64,000 bases of DNA from Eledone cirrhosa (taxonomy: Eukaryota). Shown piece after piece: positions 26,168-40,499 of the stretch. Under the pieces are notes generated by a model that was not told where the DNA came from, searched no databases, and saw only the letters and a program-made list of their open reading frames with translations. The position numbers and the translations under genes are program-made. Location of the stretch: positions 362,390,001 to 362,454,000 of the forward strand of contig OZ024741.1 in NCBI GenBank assembly GCA_964016885.1. The letters are read 5' to 3'. The first letter of the stretch is position 1, and each line of letters opens with the position of its first letter.

Positions 26168-26292
26168 AATGTAATCTGAGCTTTTCGAATATTAATAATA
26201 ATATTCGATTCGTTTGCAATTATGCAAACAGGACAGGCCTTATTTTTAAAGCCATGTCAGTAGAATGAGCCCCTCGTTCTTGCTCTTGTGTT

Positions 26293-26368
26293 GGCATGTA
26301 AACAGAACCGCTGACACTAATGTTTCTGGGTATTACCCTTCATCAGTACAGTTCACTGTTCACCTGCC
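26293..26368 (-). ncRNA. Type I hammerhead ribozyme (Penelope pLTR type)
   Basis: CTGATGA-A GGGT AAT ACCC A-GAAA-CATTAGTG-TC; long bulged stem I gtgaacagtgaactgta / agcggttctgtttac; GUC cleavage triplet; A.A mismatches next to the core. Confidence 0.7.
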
Positions 26369-26402
26369 TAGTGAAAATATGATATTTTCTAAAATATACA
26401 GT

Positions 26403-26503
26403 GTCTGATCGGCCTGATTTGCATATTAGCAGATTGGCTGATCAGTCAGATCTGCATATTAGCAGATCCACTGATCAGCCAGATTTGCATATCAGCAGAC
26501 TGG
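26403..26503. repeat. 3 x 33-bp tandem repeat, two copies carrying the octamer ATTTGCAT
   Basis: ctgatc.g.c.gat.tgcatat.agcaga repeated three times. Confidence 0.85.
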
Positions 26504-26644
26504 CCAGTCAATTTCCTGTATACGAGCGATCAATGGCCGGCCTATATATATATATATATATGTGTATGTATAATGATATCCAAGGAAAATTCAACTGATA
26601 AGGTATGTTCCTTGGCTATGTCAACATTTATAAAACACACTTTG

Positions 26645-26706
26645 TATTTTATCTGATGAAAGCGTACCAAAGTTTTTGGTACCCTTGAAATATATATAAT
26701 AGAATA
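26645..26706 (+). ncRNA. Type I minimal hammerhead ribozyme
   Basis: tattttat-CTGATGA-AAGcGTACCAAA..TTTGGTACcCTT-GAAA-TATATA-TA-atagaata; 8-bp stem I, long stem II, palindromic stem III, AUA triplet. Confidence 0.85.
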
Positions 26707-27155
26707 AATATGGTTTTATAAATATAGTTTCCATTTTTTTAATATCATTGAATATTTACTCCAGAAAGCTGTCGAGTGCTATGAATCAGTTATAAGCATT
26801 TATATTTGTTGAATTTCCAACAAATTAAATATCCCTTCTGCTTATATGTATGTATATATAGCTGATAAATGAAACAGCAAACACATGGATGCAAAAATAC
26901 AAAGCTTTATTAGGTTCACGCTTATATATATATAATTTTTTTATTTGTTTTATTTGTTTATTTTTTTATTTGTTTGACTTGAATTACTTGGTCGTTTCTA
27001 TGGCTGTGCGGATAATGGTTTAACCATCGTCTCAGTGTGTTCGGCCTTTTAACGTATGCTGTAGCTCTGGTTCGTTAGAATCTATTGAGCGCTTGCCACA
27101 CATCTCGGAAGTTGTTTTTCGCTAATTTCCAATAACCGAAATACGATTCTCGCTA

Positions 27156-27210
<55 letters not shown>

Positions 27211-28139
27211 GGTGGGGCGAAATAACAGAATTGAAATCAACAAAAAACCTTTAGTTGCAATGCAAGAAAAAATACAATAATAAAATTATCTAGATGGCCA
27301 TGGTTGATGACTCAAGCTCGAAAACGGATCAGTGGACCAAGAGCTCGGTTTTCGAATTTAGCCAGAATGTCTTTCACACTACTTCCCTTTCAGAGAATCT
27401 GTTACAAAGCAATGAATGAAATGAAATTACAAAGATTGTCTTAATAAAAAACTGACACCCTAATCATAGTGTTGTATATAACATGCAAGCACAGGCCATC
27501 AGATTGCCTGTATCTGTTACTGGGTAGCAAACCTAATTTGTCAATCAATTTAACTTTAGCACCACCAGATTTTGGGTGACTTTAGCTGAGACCAGTCTGC
27601 TGCAATTATCTAGACCAGGCCACTCGTATGTGAATATTCCACGTGTTTCTTCTTTCATTTCACTCATCAAATTCAGAGTCCCTGCAAAACGGAGATAAAT
27701 TCTACTTCTCTTGTTGGACTATGCCATTAAACCATTTTATAGTGAACCATCTGAAACAGTCCTTGGTTACACGATACAAAACAGTTTTTAAGTATTTATT
27801 TACCTATCTATATACTACTAAAACTCTGTGGTTGCTTGTCTGTAATATTATACAGCCAAAACGGCGCATAATGGGAAAATACTTTGAAAGGAAGTTGCCC
27901 CTGAAATTGGAATACAAATGGAATAAAACAAGTTTCACGTAAATCAGAGCACGGGTTCCCGAGATACGAGGTTTTACCGGGTACCTTCATAAATATATAT
28001 ATATATAGAGAGAGAGATGGTGGTGTTGTTGAATGCATTTATAACAAGTGACTTCAAAGAATTGAATACAGCAATACTCTATCTATTTGTGTAGCGAATA
28101 TTTCTTGCTAAATAGGGAGGGTTTTTAAGTGTGTGTATG

Positions 28140-28171
<32 letters not shown>

Positions 28172-28213
28172 ACCAGTGTATATAGGCCAGACACTCATAT
28201 ATATATATATATA

Positions 28214-29331
<1,118 letters not shown>

Positions 29332-29759
29332 TAAAATAACAGATTAAAGTTTAAGCAAAGAATCGCTGCTTTCACCCTTAACGGGATCTTCTGAAACTAA
29401 CAAAGTCAATCTGTAAACGCAGAACTGGATATTTCAAAAAACGTTGCAACCGGAGGAAGACAGGAAGACGATACTTTGGTTCGTGGTTACGTTCGCTGGC
29501 AAAGAACGGGAAAAAACGAATAATACGTCATTAATAGGAGCGGTGAAAAACAATTACGCGCAAAGACAAAACCACGTTTATGGTATAAAAGAGGTCGTAG
29601 ACTAATGTTCTCTTAGGTGGTGCATAGAGACGTTCTCTGGCAATGAACGAAAAAACGAAGATAATAAGTCATATGTGGAGCGTGGAGAACAATAGCACGC
29701 AAAGACAAAACCACGTAAATGGTATCGCAGAAATGTTATTATTATTACTATATATATTT

Positions 29760-29955
29760 GACTTTGCCTTTCATCCTTACAGGGTCGATAAAATAAAGTA
29801 CCAGTAATACACTGGGTAATTGCTGGCCTTGTGCCTAAAGTAGAAACAATTATTACTATATATATTTTCATCCTTACGGGGTCGATAAAATAAAGTACCA
29901 GTAATGCACTGCGTAATTGCTGGCCTTGTGCCTAAAGTAGAAACAATTATTACTA
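29760..29955 (+). mobile_element. Two tandem SINE 3' halves
   Basis: tttcatccttac.gggtcgataaaataaagtaccagtaat..gtgcctaaagtagaaacaattatt twice; similar pieces at 46900-46978 and 47020-47110. Confidence 0.8.
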
Positions 29956-30865
29956 TATATATTATTATTCCAGTTTCATTTTACATTATATACACGTATG
30001 TGTATATTTTAATTACTTTTTTTTTTCAAGTGAACGTGACCCAACGGGTCACGGGTGGTCTAGTATTTATCTAAAAACCTTCCATCATAATTTAAAATAC
30101 GAACCATTTTGTTGTGTTTCACACAGTAAATAAATAATGAGAAAGTTAGTTTTAGTTATAATACTAAATCTTTCCAAATTCTTGATTATTTTCAAAATTA
30201 ATTGACAACCGTATACAATGTATTTCGTTAGAAATATGGTAACGAAAGGGCTTGTTTTTTTTTTATGTTCTTGTAGGTAATTATTATCAAATATATTAAA
30301 TGCTACTTCACTTAATCATTTTTATGTGACCTTTTAGAAAACTGCATTCAATTGACATGGGTCGAATACAGGGGTCTAGTTTGCCTTAAAAATGTGAGGG
30401 GGACAAACCAACATTTGTTGATTCTTAAAGGAGCATGAATTACTTATGGTGCCTTTCCCAGACCTTATCACATAAGTAAAATTTTACGCTAATTCAATTT
30501 TATATATTCAAATGAAGTTCAGATATAAAAAAATAAGCTTAAAAAGAATTTATTATATCAAATAAACATAAAATAAAATATAGACGTTTGAAAAAGTAGA
30601 CTTGTTTCCTGGTACTCCCATGAAACAAGGCCCTTGGTCGAATATAAACAAGTTGTGAACAATGATTCTTGCAGAGAATCAGAAAGGGCAGAAAAATCGT
30701 GGTCTGTAGATAATGAAATCTATCCAAATTAGCTTCAGGAGTTACTTCCCTTAAAAGCTCTTTTCTTTGGTTATTTCCCTTAGATCAAGTTACTTGTTAA
30801 GCCATCAGTTCTTAGTGTGACAGACGCCAGATCGTACTTGTAATAAACCCAATACATACATGCCT

Positions 30866-31103
30866 CAGGGGTGGTGGAAGCATTTCTGAATTGGATGGGG
30901 CGGGGGCAAATTTGGTCGATTTAGTTATAGTGATTAGTTTAGCTGTTAATATCAAATATCAACCAAGATATAAAAAAACTTCGATATGTGAGATAAACAT
31001 AATGTACAGAAATTGTAGATGTGTGTTTTCGTAGTTTGAAGAGAAAAATATAATTATTGGGGAGCCATGGCCCCATCCCTCCTTTCCAGTTCCATCACCC
31101 TTG
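30866..31103. mobile_element. MITE with CAGGG-type TIRs and a 5-bp TSD
   Basis: CAGGGGTGGTGGAA / TTCCATCACCCTTG; TGCCT on both sides. Confidence 0.7.
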
Positions 31104-32519
31104 TGCCTGTCTTCAAGCCTCCCTACCTATACTAGCAAAGTATACCAGGCTGAAAAGTAGCTATACCACAAAATAGTTCTTAATAAAAGCATACTCTATT
31201 TAATGGAATATCGTTGGTTTTCTTTCTTATGAAACGTTATATAAACGCTGTGTGTGTATATGTGTACCCGTGTTAGCATGTGTATAATTAACATAACTCT
31301 TAGATGATGATTTTTGTGTGCAGTTGTTTCAATAAATAGGCTGAGAAACGATTGATAGAGAGCTAGTTCAGTTAGTGGATTAGTCTTTAAAAAGGAAAGG
31401 AGACATTGGACAATGTAATCATTGTTATACAGTGAGATGGGATGCACATGGCTGGAATGTCTTTTATCATAGGTGTGCTAAATCAAAATTGACCTTGGGT
31501 TAAGCAACAACATTCAGGGAAATGAATACTAAAATAAACAGAAGTGTTGATTATACTTATCCCTCAGTACATAACTGGCAATTATTTGAGTGATAGTACT
31601 GTAAGGATGAAAAGCAAAGTAGAATTTATATGGGATTTGAACTCAAAATCTAAAGGTCCATCACAAACTTATGCAAGGCTCTTTTTAGAAGACTGAGCAA
31701 CTATATTGAGTCTTCCCTTAATGATTGTGCAACTATATAGAAGCATCTCTTATTAGCACATCTAGTTTTCAGTTGAGTGGTTAAATGATTTTAACATGCT
31801 CCACTGGATGTGTAATGAACAATGAAACACAAACTAAGCTATACTGGTTATAAGAGGAATCAGATGTACTGTAAAAGAGAGAACACTGAATTGGCGTGGA
31901 AATGTGATACATTTGGAGATTGACAATTGAGTAAAGTAATGCTAAGTGATTCAAAAGGAAGGAACTTATGAAAGAGGGGAAAAAAAGAACTGGTGAAAGC
32001 TGATCTCACAATGCTGAACCTCACAAAGGGTTGCATAAAGTAATAAGACACTGCACTAGGGAATACGCATTAAATGTATGCAAGTATGAAAAACACAGAC
32101 CTGAACTGGTGATGTATATTTATGGGTGCTAATCATAACACTCAATGTTAGAATCCTGAATGTCATAAGATAAGATTTTAAAGTAACAAACAGCTTTAAA
32201 ACTGAAATTCAAAGGTGTGAAAATGTACTTCAGGAAAAAAATTATTTAAAAAAATACATGATGAGAATACACAATTTTGATAAGGAGCAAAAACTCCAAA
32301 AGAATTGTTGATTGTTTTCTCTCAGCTACTGCTGAAACAAAAGGATGATGTCGATCATCTATCACATGGTGTTTATGAGGCTGCTTGCTTACAAACAAAC
32401 TGAATATTAATAATATTATGATATTATTATTATATTATATTATTCACTCACAAATACATTTAGGTATCCACCATGTTAAGAGCGAAAACAAATGTTTGTG
32501 TGTATATATATATATAAAG

Positions 32520-33810
32520 TTTTTGTTCCAAGCTGGCTGTTCAGAATAACTCCAGCAAGTATCTTTCCTGCAACTGATAAAAGTGATATCTTCCTATAGT
32601 TGTCGCATCCACATCTGTTACCCTTCTTTTTGTAAAGGTGTATAATTGAGGTATCTTTAAACTGCTGTGATACTTCTCTCCCATATACATGTTAAGAACT
32701 CAAAGAATTTGATCCCCATAACTGTAACTTCAACTGCCAGACCAACATTACCTGGAGTCTTGCCATTGGACAGTTGTCTGATGGCAGTTTTAATTTCTGA
32801 AAGAAGATTGATTGATAGGTATTGTAATACAGGCTGCTGCGAAAGATTGTTGATAATATTCATATTAAGGTTTGAGTCACTATTCAGAACACTTGGGAAG
32901 TGTTCAGCCAACCTTTTGGTTATGTCACATTTGTCAGTTAATTTGTTTTCTAAAGAAAATACTGGAGATGAACCGTTTGAAATAGGACCAACGACTCATT
33001 TAAGGTTCTGATAAAAGGATTTCAAATCAACTTTGTTTGCTGCATCTTGAAGGGCTTTTGCTCTTTCTTTCCACCAGTTTTATTTTATTTCACAAAATTT
33101 GGTTTGAGCACAATTATTTGCTTGTTTAAAAGCTTTATGTTTGGGAATTGAGTTCTTATCAAGCATCTAAGCACTGTGACATTTATATATGTCCTCAAGA
33201 AATGATTGTATTTGTGGATCATTTGAGTCAAACCAGTCCTGGTGCCTACAATGGACATAACCTAATGTTTCTTTTTCTATCTCAAAGAGTGTGGCTCTCG
33301 AACTTGACTAGGAAGCCTCAGTATCATCATTTATAATAATTTGAGGTGACTTTCTTCAAAAGAGTCATTTAAGGATTGTGCAATGCTTTTATTCTTCAGC
33401 CTGCTGATATTTAATTTTTTTACATGGGGCAATTTGTTGTGTCTGAATGGGCCATTGAATTTTCATGTTTATGCAAGAATGAATGAATTTATGATCAGAC
33501 CATGCTTCTCCTATTGAAAGAGTGTAAGATTTACATCTTGCCTGTTTGTTTGACGTGAAATTATATAATCAATTAAATAATAGTGATCAGATCTTGAGTG
33601 TTTCCAGTTAGTCTTTAAATGATTAGACTGTTGGAAGACTGTATTTGTATTTAGAAGATCAAATTCTGTATCAAGTAACAGGTAGTCTATCCAATGCCAT
33701 GTCTGCCTAAAACATTTGGCCAGCCCAAGTTGTCACTTCCCACTCTGGCATTAAGGTCCCCTATCAAAACAATAATTTATTACCTGCCCACAAAGACAGG
33801 AATAGAATTC
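32520..33810 (-). mobile_element. Decayed RTE-clade LINE (endonuclease to RT N-terminus)
   Basis: AEHFPSVLN, EIKTAIRQLSNGKTPG, HLYKKKGNRCGCDNYRKISLLSVAGKILA. Confidence 0.8.
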
Positions 33811-33871
33811 TTCTTTAAGCTCAAAGGATGAGTAGTGTTGGCACAATTCTTCCCTATTTTCACACAAAGGG

Positions 33872-33916
<45 letters not shown>

Positions 33917-34152
33917 TGATTAATTTGTTTTGCAAGGTTTGTTATATGAAATTGTGTGTCAAAACAAATATTGTTATACTTGGGGAGGGTCATATTGTTG
34001 TAATAATATTGCCAGAAATAATAACAGAACACACTCACTGTTTGGTTGGTTTTTGCTTCTGCATCTTTTATATCTCCACAGTTAATTCATTTGGCCATCA
34101 ATGTATATCACTGACTGACCAACGGTCAAAAATACAGATATAAATACATATA

Positions 34153-34210
34153 TATAGTCTAACAAAGTTGTTTCGTTGCACATCTGCAACATCATCAGTG
34201 GTACTATTAT
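34153..34210 (-). ncRNA. Hammerhead ribozyme in the 3' pLTR of a Penelope element
   Basis: CTGATGA-t-GTTGCA gatg TGCAAC-GAAA-CAACTTTG-TT; weak stem I; same strand as, and downstream of, the GIY-YIG at 34440-34901. Confidence 0.65.
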
Positions 34211-34439
34211 CATGTTTCCCCCTACTGTATTGTATGTATTGTAATGTCTACGCCATTTTTATTTTATTTATTTATTTATTTTTGTCTTCGTCTCTGCGCA
34301 TGCGTTTGCATGTGTGTGTTCGCGTTTAGGTGTATGTGTTTTGGTTATTGTATTCTATCTTAGTTTATTAGTGTGTGTTTATGTGTGTTTGTTGTTATTG
34401 TGCTTGTGTATATATTTATTTATTTATTTATATTTCTCT

Positions 34440-34901
34440 TAAGTCAGTATTGTTTGTTTGGGTGTTGTTGTTATTCCATTCATTTTTTCTATTTAGCTTT
34501 GGCTTTCTAAGCTCTATTTCGCTTGCCTCTCTGATTTGCCTACCTGTTGGGTCATTTCTATGTTTAGATATTATTTTAATTTCTATGTTGTCTATGTTAC
34601 CGTCATGTTGTTGTCTGGCGTGTTCGTACAGTACTGAACCGTTTTTTTGTCATTTTAATTCCTCCCAGTGTTGGTCTATTCTTTCTCCTTTGCTTCGAGC
34701 TGTCTCACCTATGTATGTCGTTGTCATGTTTCTGCAAGTAGCCTCTGTACATCTTATACTATAGACTACATTTCTAGTTTTACAGTTTATCTGCGGGTTT
34801 ACTTTACATATAACACATTTCTTATTAGTACAGTGGGTTTTCTTAAAAAGGTATGTTTTGCTGATCCGGGATTTTATGGTAGTTCCTGGCTTTTCTACCA
34901 C
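34440..34901 (-). mobile_element. Penelope-like GIY-YIG endonuclease fragment (CCHH type)
   Basis: CVIC..CKTRNVVYSIRC..C..YIGETAR..ERIDQH..LYEHARQQH..RQIREASEI. Confidence 0.85.
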
Positions 34902-34927
34902 TTTATATATATATATGCAGTAGAATA

Positions 34928-35500
34928 AGGTGCTCCAAGAGTATGATAGCTACAATAAAGATAGGATGGAAGAAGTTTAGAGAACTATTCCCACTGTTGA
35001 CAACAAAGGTTTCTCCCTATATACAAAAGGACAACTGTATGACATCTATGTGTGAAGTGCGATGCTGCATGGCAATGGAGCACGGGCAGTGACTGCAGAC
35101 GACGTGTAGGCTGGAGATAAATGAAGCAACCATGGTTAGTTGAATGTGCAATATAAATGTGAGATAAAGGCAGAGCTTGGATAAACTGAGTGAGAAATTG
35201 GGTTTAAGAAGAATCATAAGTGATATGTAAGAGAGAAGACGGTGTTGGTATGGACATGTGATGCACATGGATGATGATCGCTGGATGGAGAAGTGCCAGG
35301 AAATCCCTGTGGAGGGAAGCTGCAGTAGGGGTAGACTAAGGAAAACCTGGGCAGACGTGATGAGAGCTGATCTCATATCACTGAGACTCACAGAGGAGAT
35401 GAAGAAATGCAGCGAGTGGAGAGATGCTGTGCTGAAAAGGACCCGTCCAACCCATGCAAGTGTGGAAAAGTGGACATAAAAACGATGATGAGGATGATAT
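34928..35500 (+). mobile_element. RTE-clade LINE 3' end
   Basis: GWKKFRELFPLLT..WYGHVMHM..VEGSCSRGRLRKTW; (GAT)n tail; a more decayed relative lies at ~31850-32070. Confidence 0.8.
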
Positions 35501-36889
35501 AGCATATCACTGAACACAGAGGTCAACATTTAAAAGCTACTTTATTTATACACATGCAACATACACAGGTATATATAACTTTCATCCTATCAAGGTAATA
35601 AAATACCAATCAAGAGGTGGTTGAATTATTTCAGCATCAGATGAAATACCTTGTAGTATTTGTTCTGGCTCTTTGTGTTCTGAATTCAAATCTCATTGTG
35701 GCTTACTTAGGGGAAGACTTGATCTGTCCTCCAGTTGAACACCACCACCTGGATTTTGGGTGCCTTTGGTGGAGTCTACTATATTTAAGCATTCAAACAA
35801 GATCTCTGCTTTAAAGACTTCTCAACTTCTGCTCTTCCCTCACCGATTAAACAATAATATATCTGAAATTCAGATTTTAATTTAAGGATTTAGAATCATT
35901 AGACCCACAGATTAAATGCATTTGTTTTTGCTCCCTGTTCAAATCCTGTCTGGATTAACTTTACCTTTCATCCTTTCAAGATAAATAATGTACTAGTCCA
36001 AGGGTTGTGGATTATGGGAATTGTTAAAAAGAGTTGAACAGGATGCTTTGCAGAATCTAATCTAACTCTGTTTGTTTTGTATGTTTAGAACCCACATCCT
36101 TCTGCCAGAGGTTGCAACCAGGAAATAGTATCAGCAATAGATACTATCTAATCTGACAACCAGCAATAGATACTGTCTAATCTGACAACCAGCTTTGTGT
36201 CTTTTGCTTCCAGTTTGTTACAATAACTACATGCCTCAATAATTATATCAGCTTGTGAATCCATCTTTGTTTCAGGAATTTTAAGTTTTAAACTTGAGTA
36301 GTAAGCCTAATATGCTGCTTGGTTTAACATGGAAAAAAAAACCTTGAGTCAATGGGACAGCTGCTACACAGTTGCTCAAACCCCTAGAAATATTAGCTTC
36401 GACAATGTAGTCCTTGAAGATGGCATGGTCATGGCTGGAATGCCTTTGATCTAGTTCTAGGGTAATTTTAGTAGTGATACCTATTACAAATAAAGTATAT
36501 AATTGAGTGTGGACGTTTTTCATCTCTTTTTAGCTTTCTTTATAAATTCGTTTCTTCTGTAAATCATATTTTTAAAATATAGATTGTTGTACAAGATGTT
36601 TTAAATAATCTTTTAAAAATCGGTAGACTGATTTGGAAGATATTTGGTAGCTATTTCTAGCAAGTCGAGTTTGTCCTGCAGATATTCAGGATTAATATAG
36701 ACCACATAGATCTCACCAGATTTGGGTAGGGTTAAGGTTAGGCTTATCAAATCTTATAAGACATTGCCCATCCTCTCCTGATTGACATTTTAAAAAATAT
36801 TAGTGAATTGAACGTCCCATCCTTAATGCAAAAATATTCCCTTTGTTATCTCAACAGTAATGTTTCTAAAACAATAGTCCATTATAATG

Positions 36890-37200
36890 AGTTGAAGTAA
36901 CAATGAATACTGAATTGAAGATGGCGCGTTTGGCTTTTACACCTACCTCAGTACTTGTGATTATGGAATGCTGCAACTGGTGCATTACTGTGCCAGCTCC
37001 TGCAATTCTTGCACTTAATTCAGCCTCCTGCCTTCCATTACTTGAGAATGCAGCCCCATTATACCTGAAATTCTCAACCTGCTTCAGTGAAACTCCACTC
37101 ACACGTAGATTGCAATGCGCAAGCTTCCTTGAGAGGAGAAGTGTCTTAGTCTTCACAGCACTGATTTTCATTCCAGCCATGGAGTACCCATTATACCTGA
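36890..37200 (-). mobile_element. RTE-like LINE RT thumb fragment
   Basis: AGMKISAVKTK..LKQVENFRY.G..ELSARIAGA. Confidence 0.75.
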
Positions 37201-38903
37201 ATTCAGCCTGAAGAGTTAAATAATACCAGGTTTTCTGCAAATTCTAGCCGACTGTTCTTACACCTGCCAGTCGTAATACTACTTCCAACCTGGCTGCGCA
37301 TGTCACTCCACTGTTTGAAACAGTTCATATATTTATGGAGGTATTTTAAAGTATTTATATTTATCTAAAAACCTTCCATTATCATTTTATATAAGAACTT
37401 TTGTTATGTTCAAAGAACCAGCTTAATAATGAGAAAGTTAGTTATATTACTAAGTCTATCCAAATTCTTGATTATTTTCAAAAACCTAAACAGTGTCTTT
37501 CATATTAGAAATATGGTAACAAAAAGGTTAAAAAACATGATTTACAAGCAGGATATCAACCAGCTACTTAAAGTTAGGTTGTGCAAAGCTCTTAATTTCT
37601 TAATCATACCCAACAGCTCAGAAACAAGAACATTAAAATGTGAATTTACAGGCAGTTTAGAAGTTTTTGAAATGCAACATTTACAGTCTATACTTGGGAT
37701 ATCTCTGCAAGTGCAGAGATAAATCCGTAAAAATATCTCTTCACATAAAATACAATATTACTGAGGAAGAGACTAAAATGGTTGAGTCATGTAGTAAAAA
37801 GGTCACCCCAAGATTTCCCAAACCCCAGATTACACAATAGACTGCCTAACATGTGGATCTCTTAGACAGTAGATGGTAGAACATCCAATTGAAGAGAGTA
37901 ACAGTGACCCAGCTGGTAGGAAAGAATAAGGGCCAGGAAAAGACTGAGAGCCAAAAACTATGAAGAAAAATTATCTTTAGAAAAAATAAAAAGAATGGAA
38001 AATAATTTCATCATTATTATTTTATTATATTTTGTAGATAATTTATTTGATTAATTTTATTTTGATTTACATTTTATTCTATTTTGCTTTACTTAATTAT
38101 TTATATTGAATGTTATTTGTTATTATTTTTTTTTAAACAAAAGGAACATCCTGTATGACAGTTTAAGTCAGGGATCAGCAATTTCCTTCTGATTTTCTTA
38201 GATTTGCTCATAACCCACATGTATATTATATTACATAAATATTGAGAAGGTTCAGGACTCACAGGGAGCACCTCAATAATGCATTCATGGGCCCTGTTGC
38301 TGAGCCCTGATTTAAGTGGTAGGTTTAACATTGTTATTTAACCTCCCCTCTTCCCACCTCACCATAACTGTACATAGTAATTTGACCTGTTAGAAATAGT
38401 AGTTAAATTCTCCTTAAATTACACCTTCCCTTTTTAAATAATCTAATATTACATATCGCCCATGACTGGAACGTTTTTGATCATAGGTTTGGACTAAACA
38501 TCAACATGAACAATAACAACAACACTTGGTCATTAGTTATTATTTAGTGCTGTAATATGTTGCAAGAATTTGTTCCCACGCTGTTATAACACATATGTTA
38601 CTCTACAGATGTTTAAGCTGGGTCTTAGCGACATTAATACCATCAATTTGGGTAGGCCTGTAAATACCATGATGCAGTCCCTTCTCTTCTGAAACGTAAT
38701 AAAAGTAACTTTACTTTTTGATTATCTTTTACTTTGTAAATGAGTTTCTGTTTCTTTCTATTATAGAAATATCACATTTAAATCACAAACAGTGACGTAA
38801 AAAAATATTCTATCAAGAAAGTCAACTAACTTTTTAAAATATATTTTAAATGTTTTACTTATAAGTTATATAAATACATACTCATAAATATTATTATCTC
38901 AGA

Positions 38904-39258
38904 GCAGTATCGGTAGAGGGTCGGATGCCATGCTTTGACGCATAGAGTTACGGCCCTTGCCATTCTGAGTTCAAATCCCGTCGAGGTCAACTTTGCCTTT
39001 CATCCTTATGGACTTGATAAAATAAAGTACCAGTAATACAGTGGTTAATTGCTGGCCTTGTGCCTAAAGTAGAAACAATTATTATCTCAGAGGGTCGGAC
39101 GTCATGCTTTGACGCATAGAGTTACGGCCCTTGCCATTCTGAGTTCAAATCCCGCCGAGGTCAACTTTGCTTTTCATTCTTACGGGGTGGATAAAATAAA
39201 GTACCAGTAATGTACTGGTTAATTGCTGGCCTTGTGCCAAAAGTAGAAACAATTATTA
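38904..39258 (+). mobile_element. Two tandem tRNA-derived SINEs (cephalopod type)
   Basis: B-box GAGTTCAAATCCC, body GAGGTCAACTTTGCCTTTCATCC..GATAAAATAAAGTACCAGT, tail AGAAACAATTATT. Confidence 0.85.
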
Positions 39259-39587
39259 TCCCTCGCCCTCTTTCTTTCTTTTTCTTACAACACACCCAAA
39301 CATAATATAATTGTTTCTCTCTCTCTCACATACATACACATAATTCTCTCTCTCTCTCTCTTTTTCTCTCTATCACATATACACACACAAACATACACAC
39401 TCTTTACAAACTCTTTCTCTAAAAACTTGTTACAACTAACTACCTTTGAATTCAGAAGAAATTTCTATCATCAACATTAACGTTTCAAGGGAAATAACTT
39501 TAATCGCTTTAAATGATTACCTCCCCTAAACGTTGATTGCGATACTTGAATAGACACAGGTTCAGCGGTCAATGTTTATCTATCTAT

Positions 39588-40211
39588 CGGTTTTCCTCTG
39601 TATAGGGGCTATGGTGAAATAGATTATATGGTGGACGAGATTAAGGACAGATGCCTTTCTCTCTGGACAACAACTCATTCCCTTCTTTAGATACCACTTT
39701 AGAAGGAGAATCAGAGTGGAGAAAGAGGCAGTAAATTTACTGAAAGGTGGGTAAATGTGGCAAAAATGGCCCGAGTGATTGAGCCTTCTCTGTATATAAA
39801 CCTGTAGGTTAAAGATGAGAGCAAAAGGAGGAAAGGAGCACTTACACAACACGCTCCTGAAGTTGAGGGTTGTTCTATCGACGGGGTATTAAACAACCTA
39901 TTTGTGGCTCCTCCTCCTTATTGGGGATTTCGATTGTTATATTTGTTTGTTTCATATTTTTATACGATTGTATGTAAAATCCCCGGCATGTCTTTGTTTT
40001 GTCCCCTTTTCTTGTGCACCATTGTGGCTAATAAAGAAATATATCCATCGATCAGAACAATTGCTGTCGCGTATGGGATAAATCCAGTTGACTGCCGAGT
40101 TCATAGTAAGGATCAAACCGCCAACTTCTTTCAAAAATGAAAGAGAGGCGGTGTTCCTCTGTAGAGTGGCTATGGTGAAAGAGGTTATGTGGTGGACGAG
40201 ATTGAGAGGAC
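39588..40211 (+). mobile_element. Tandem 5'-truncated Tx1 3' ends; the second copy is interrupted by the LTR element
   Basis: WWTRLRTDAFLSGQQLIPFFRYH..KFTERWVNVAKMARV; 3'UTR with AATAAA; second copy begins at ~40071. Confidence 0.85.
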
Positions 40212-40481
40212 TGTGGTTAGAAAAAGCTATCTCACTTACCGCTTTTCATAGGCGCCGCTAAATGCCATGGCTGGTTTCTCCTCTTCCACGTGCGTCCAAC
40301 TCATTAACACCCGGGAACTGCCAAACTCGCGTCCACACCGTTCGTGGTCACCACTAGAGAGAAACCGATCTGCTGGCCCTTCCGGTCGAGCACCCTTCCG
40401 GCCAAGCACCCTTCCGGTCAAGCACTCTTCCGGTCGAGCACTCCCCAGCTTCCGGCCACCGCACACCACACCATACCCACA
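40212..40481 (-). repeat. 3' LTR (270 bp)
   Basis: Differs from the 5' LTR by 9 substitutions, a 1-bp indel and one 16-bp repeat unit (manual count). Confidence 0.93.
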
Positions 40482-40499
40482 CGCCTCCCCTGATCTCAA

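Noticed and set aside
29340-29400. Hammerhead-like CAGAAGA..GAAA on the minus strand of a repeated family (also ~20460 and ~46720)
   Set aside because: The core has A instead of U in all copies, and stems I and III do not pair.
38150-38325. Exon-like segment bounded by AG and GT
   Set aside because: Stops in all three frames and no recognisable homology.
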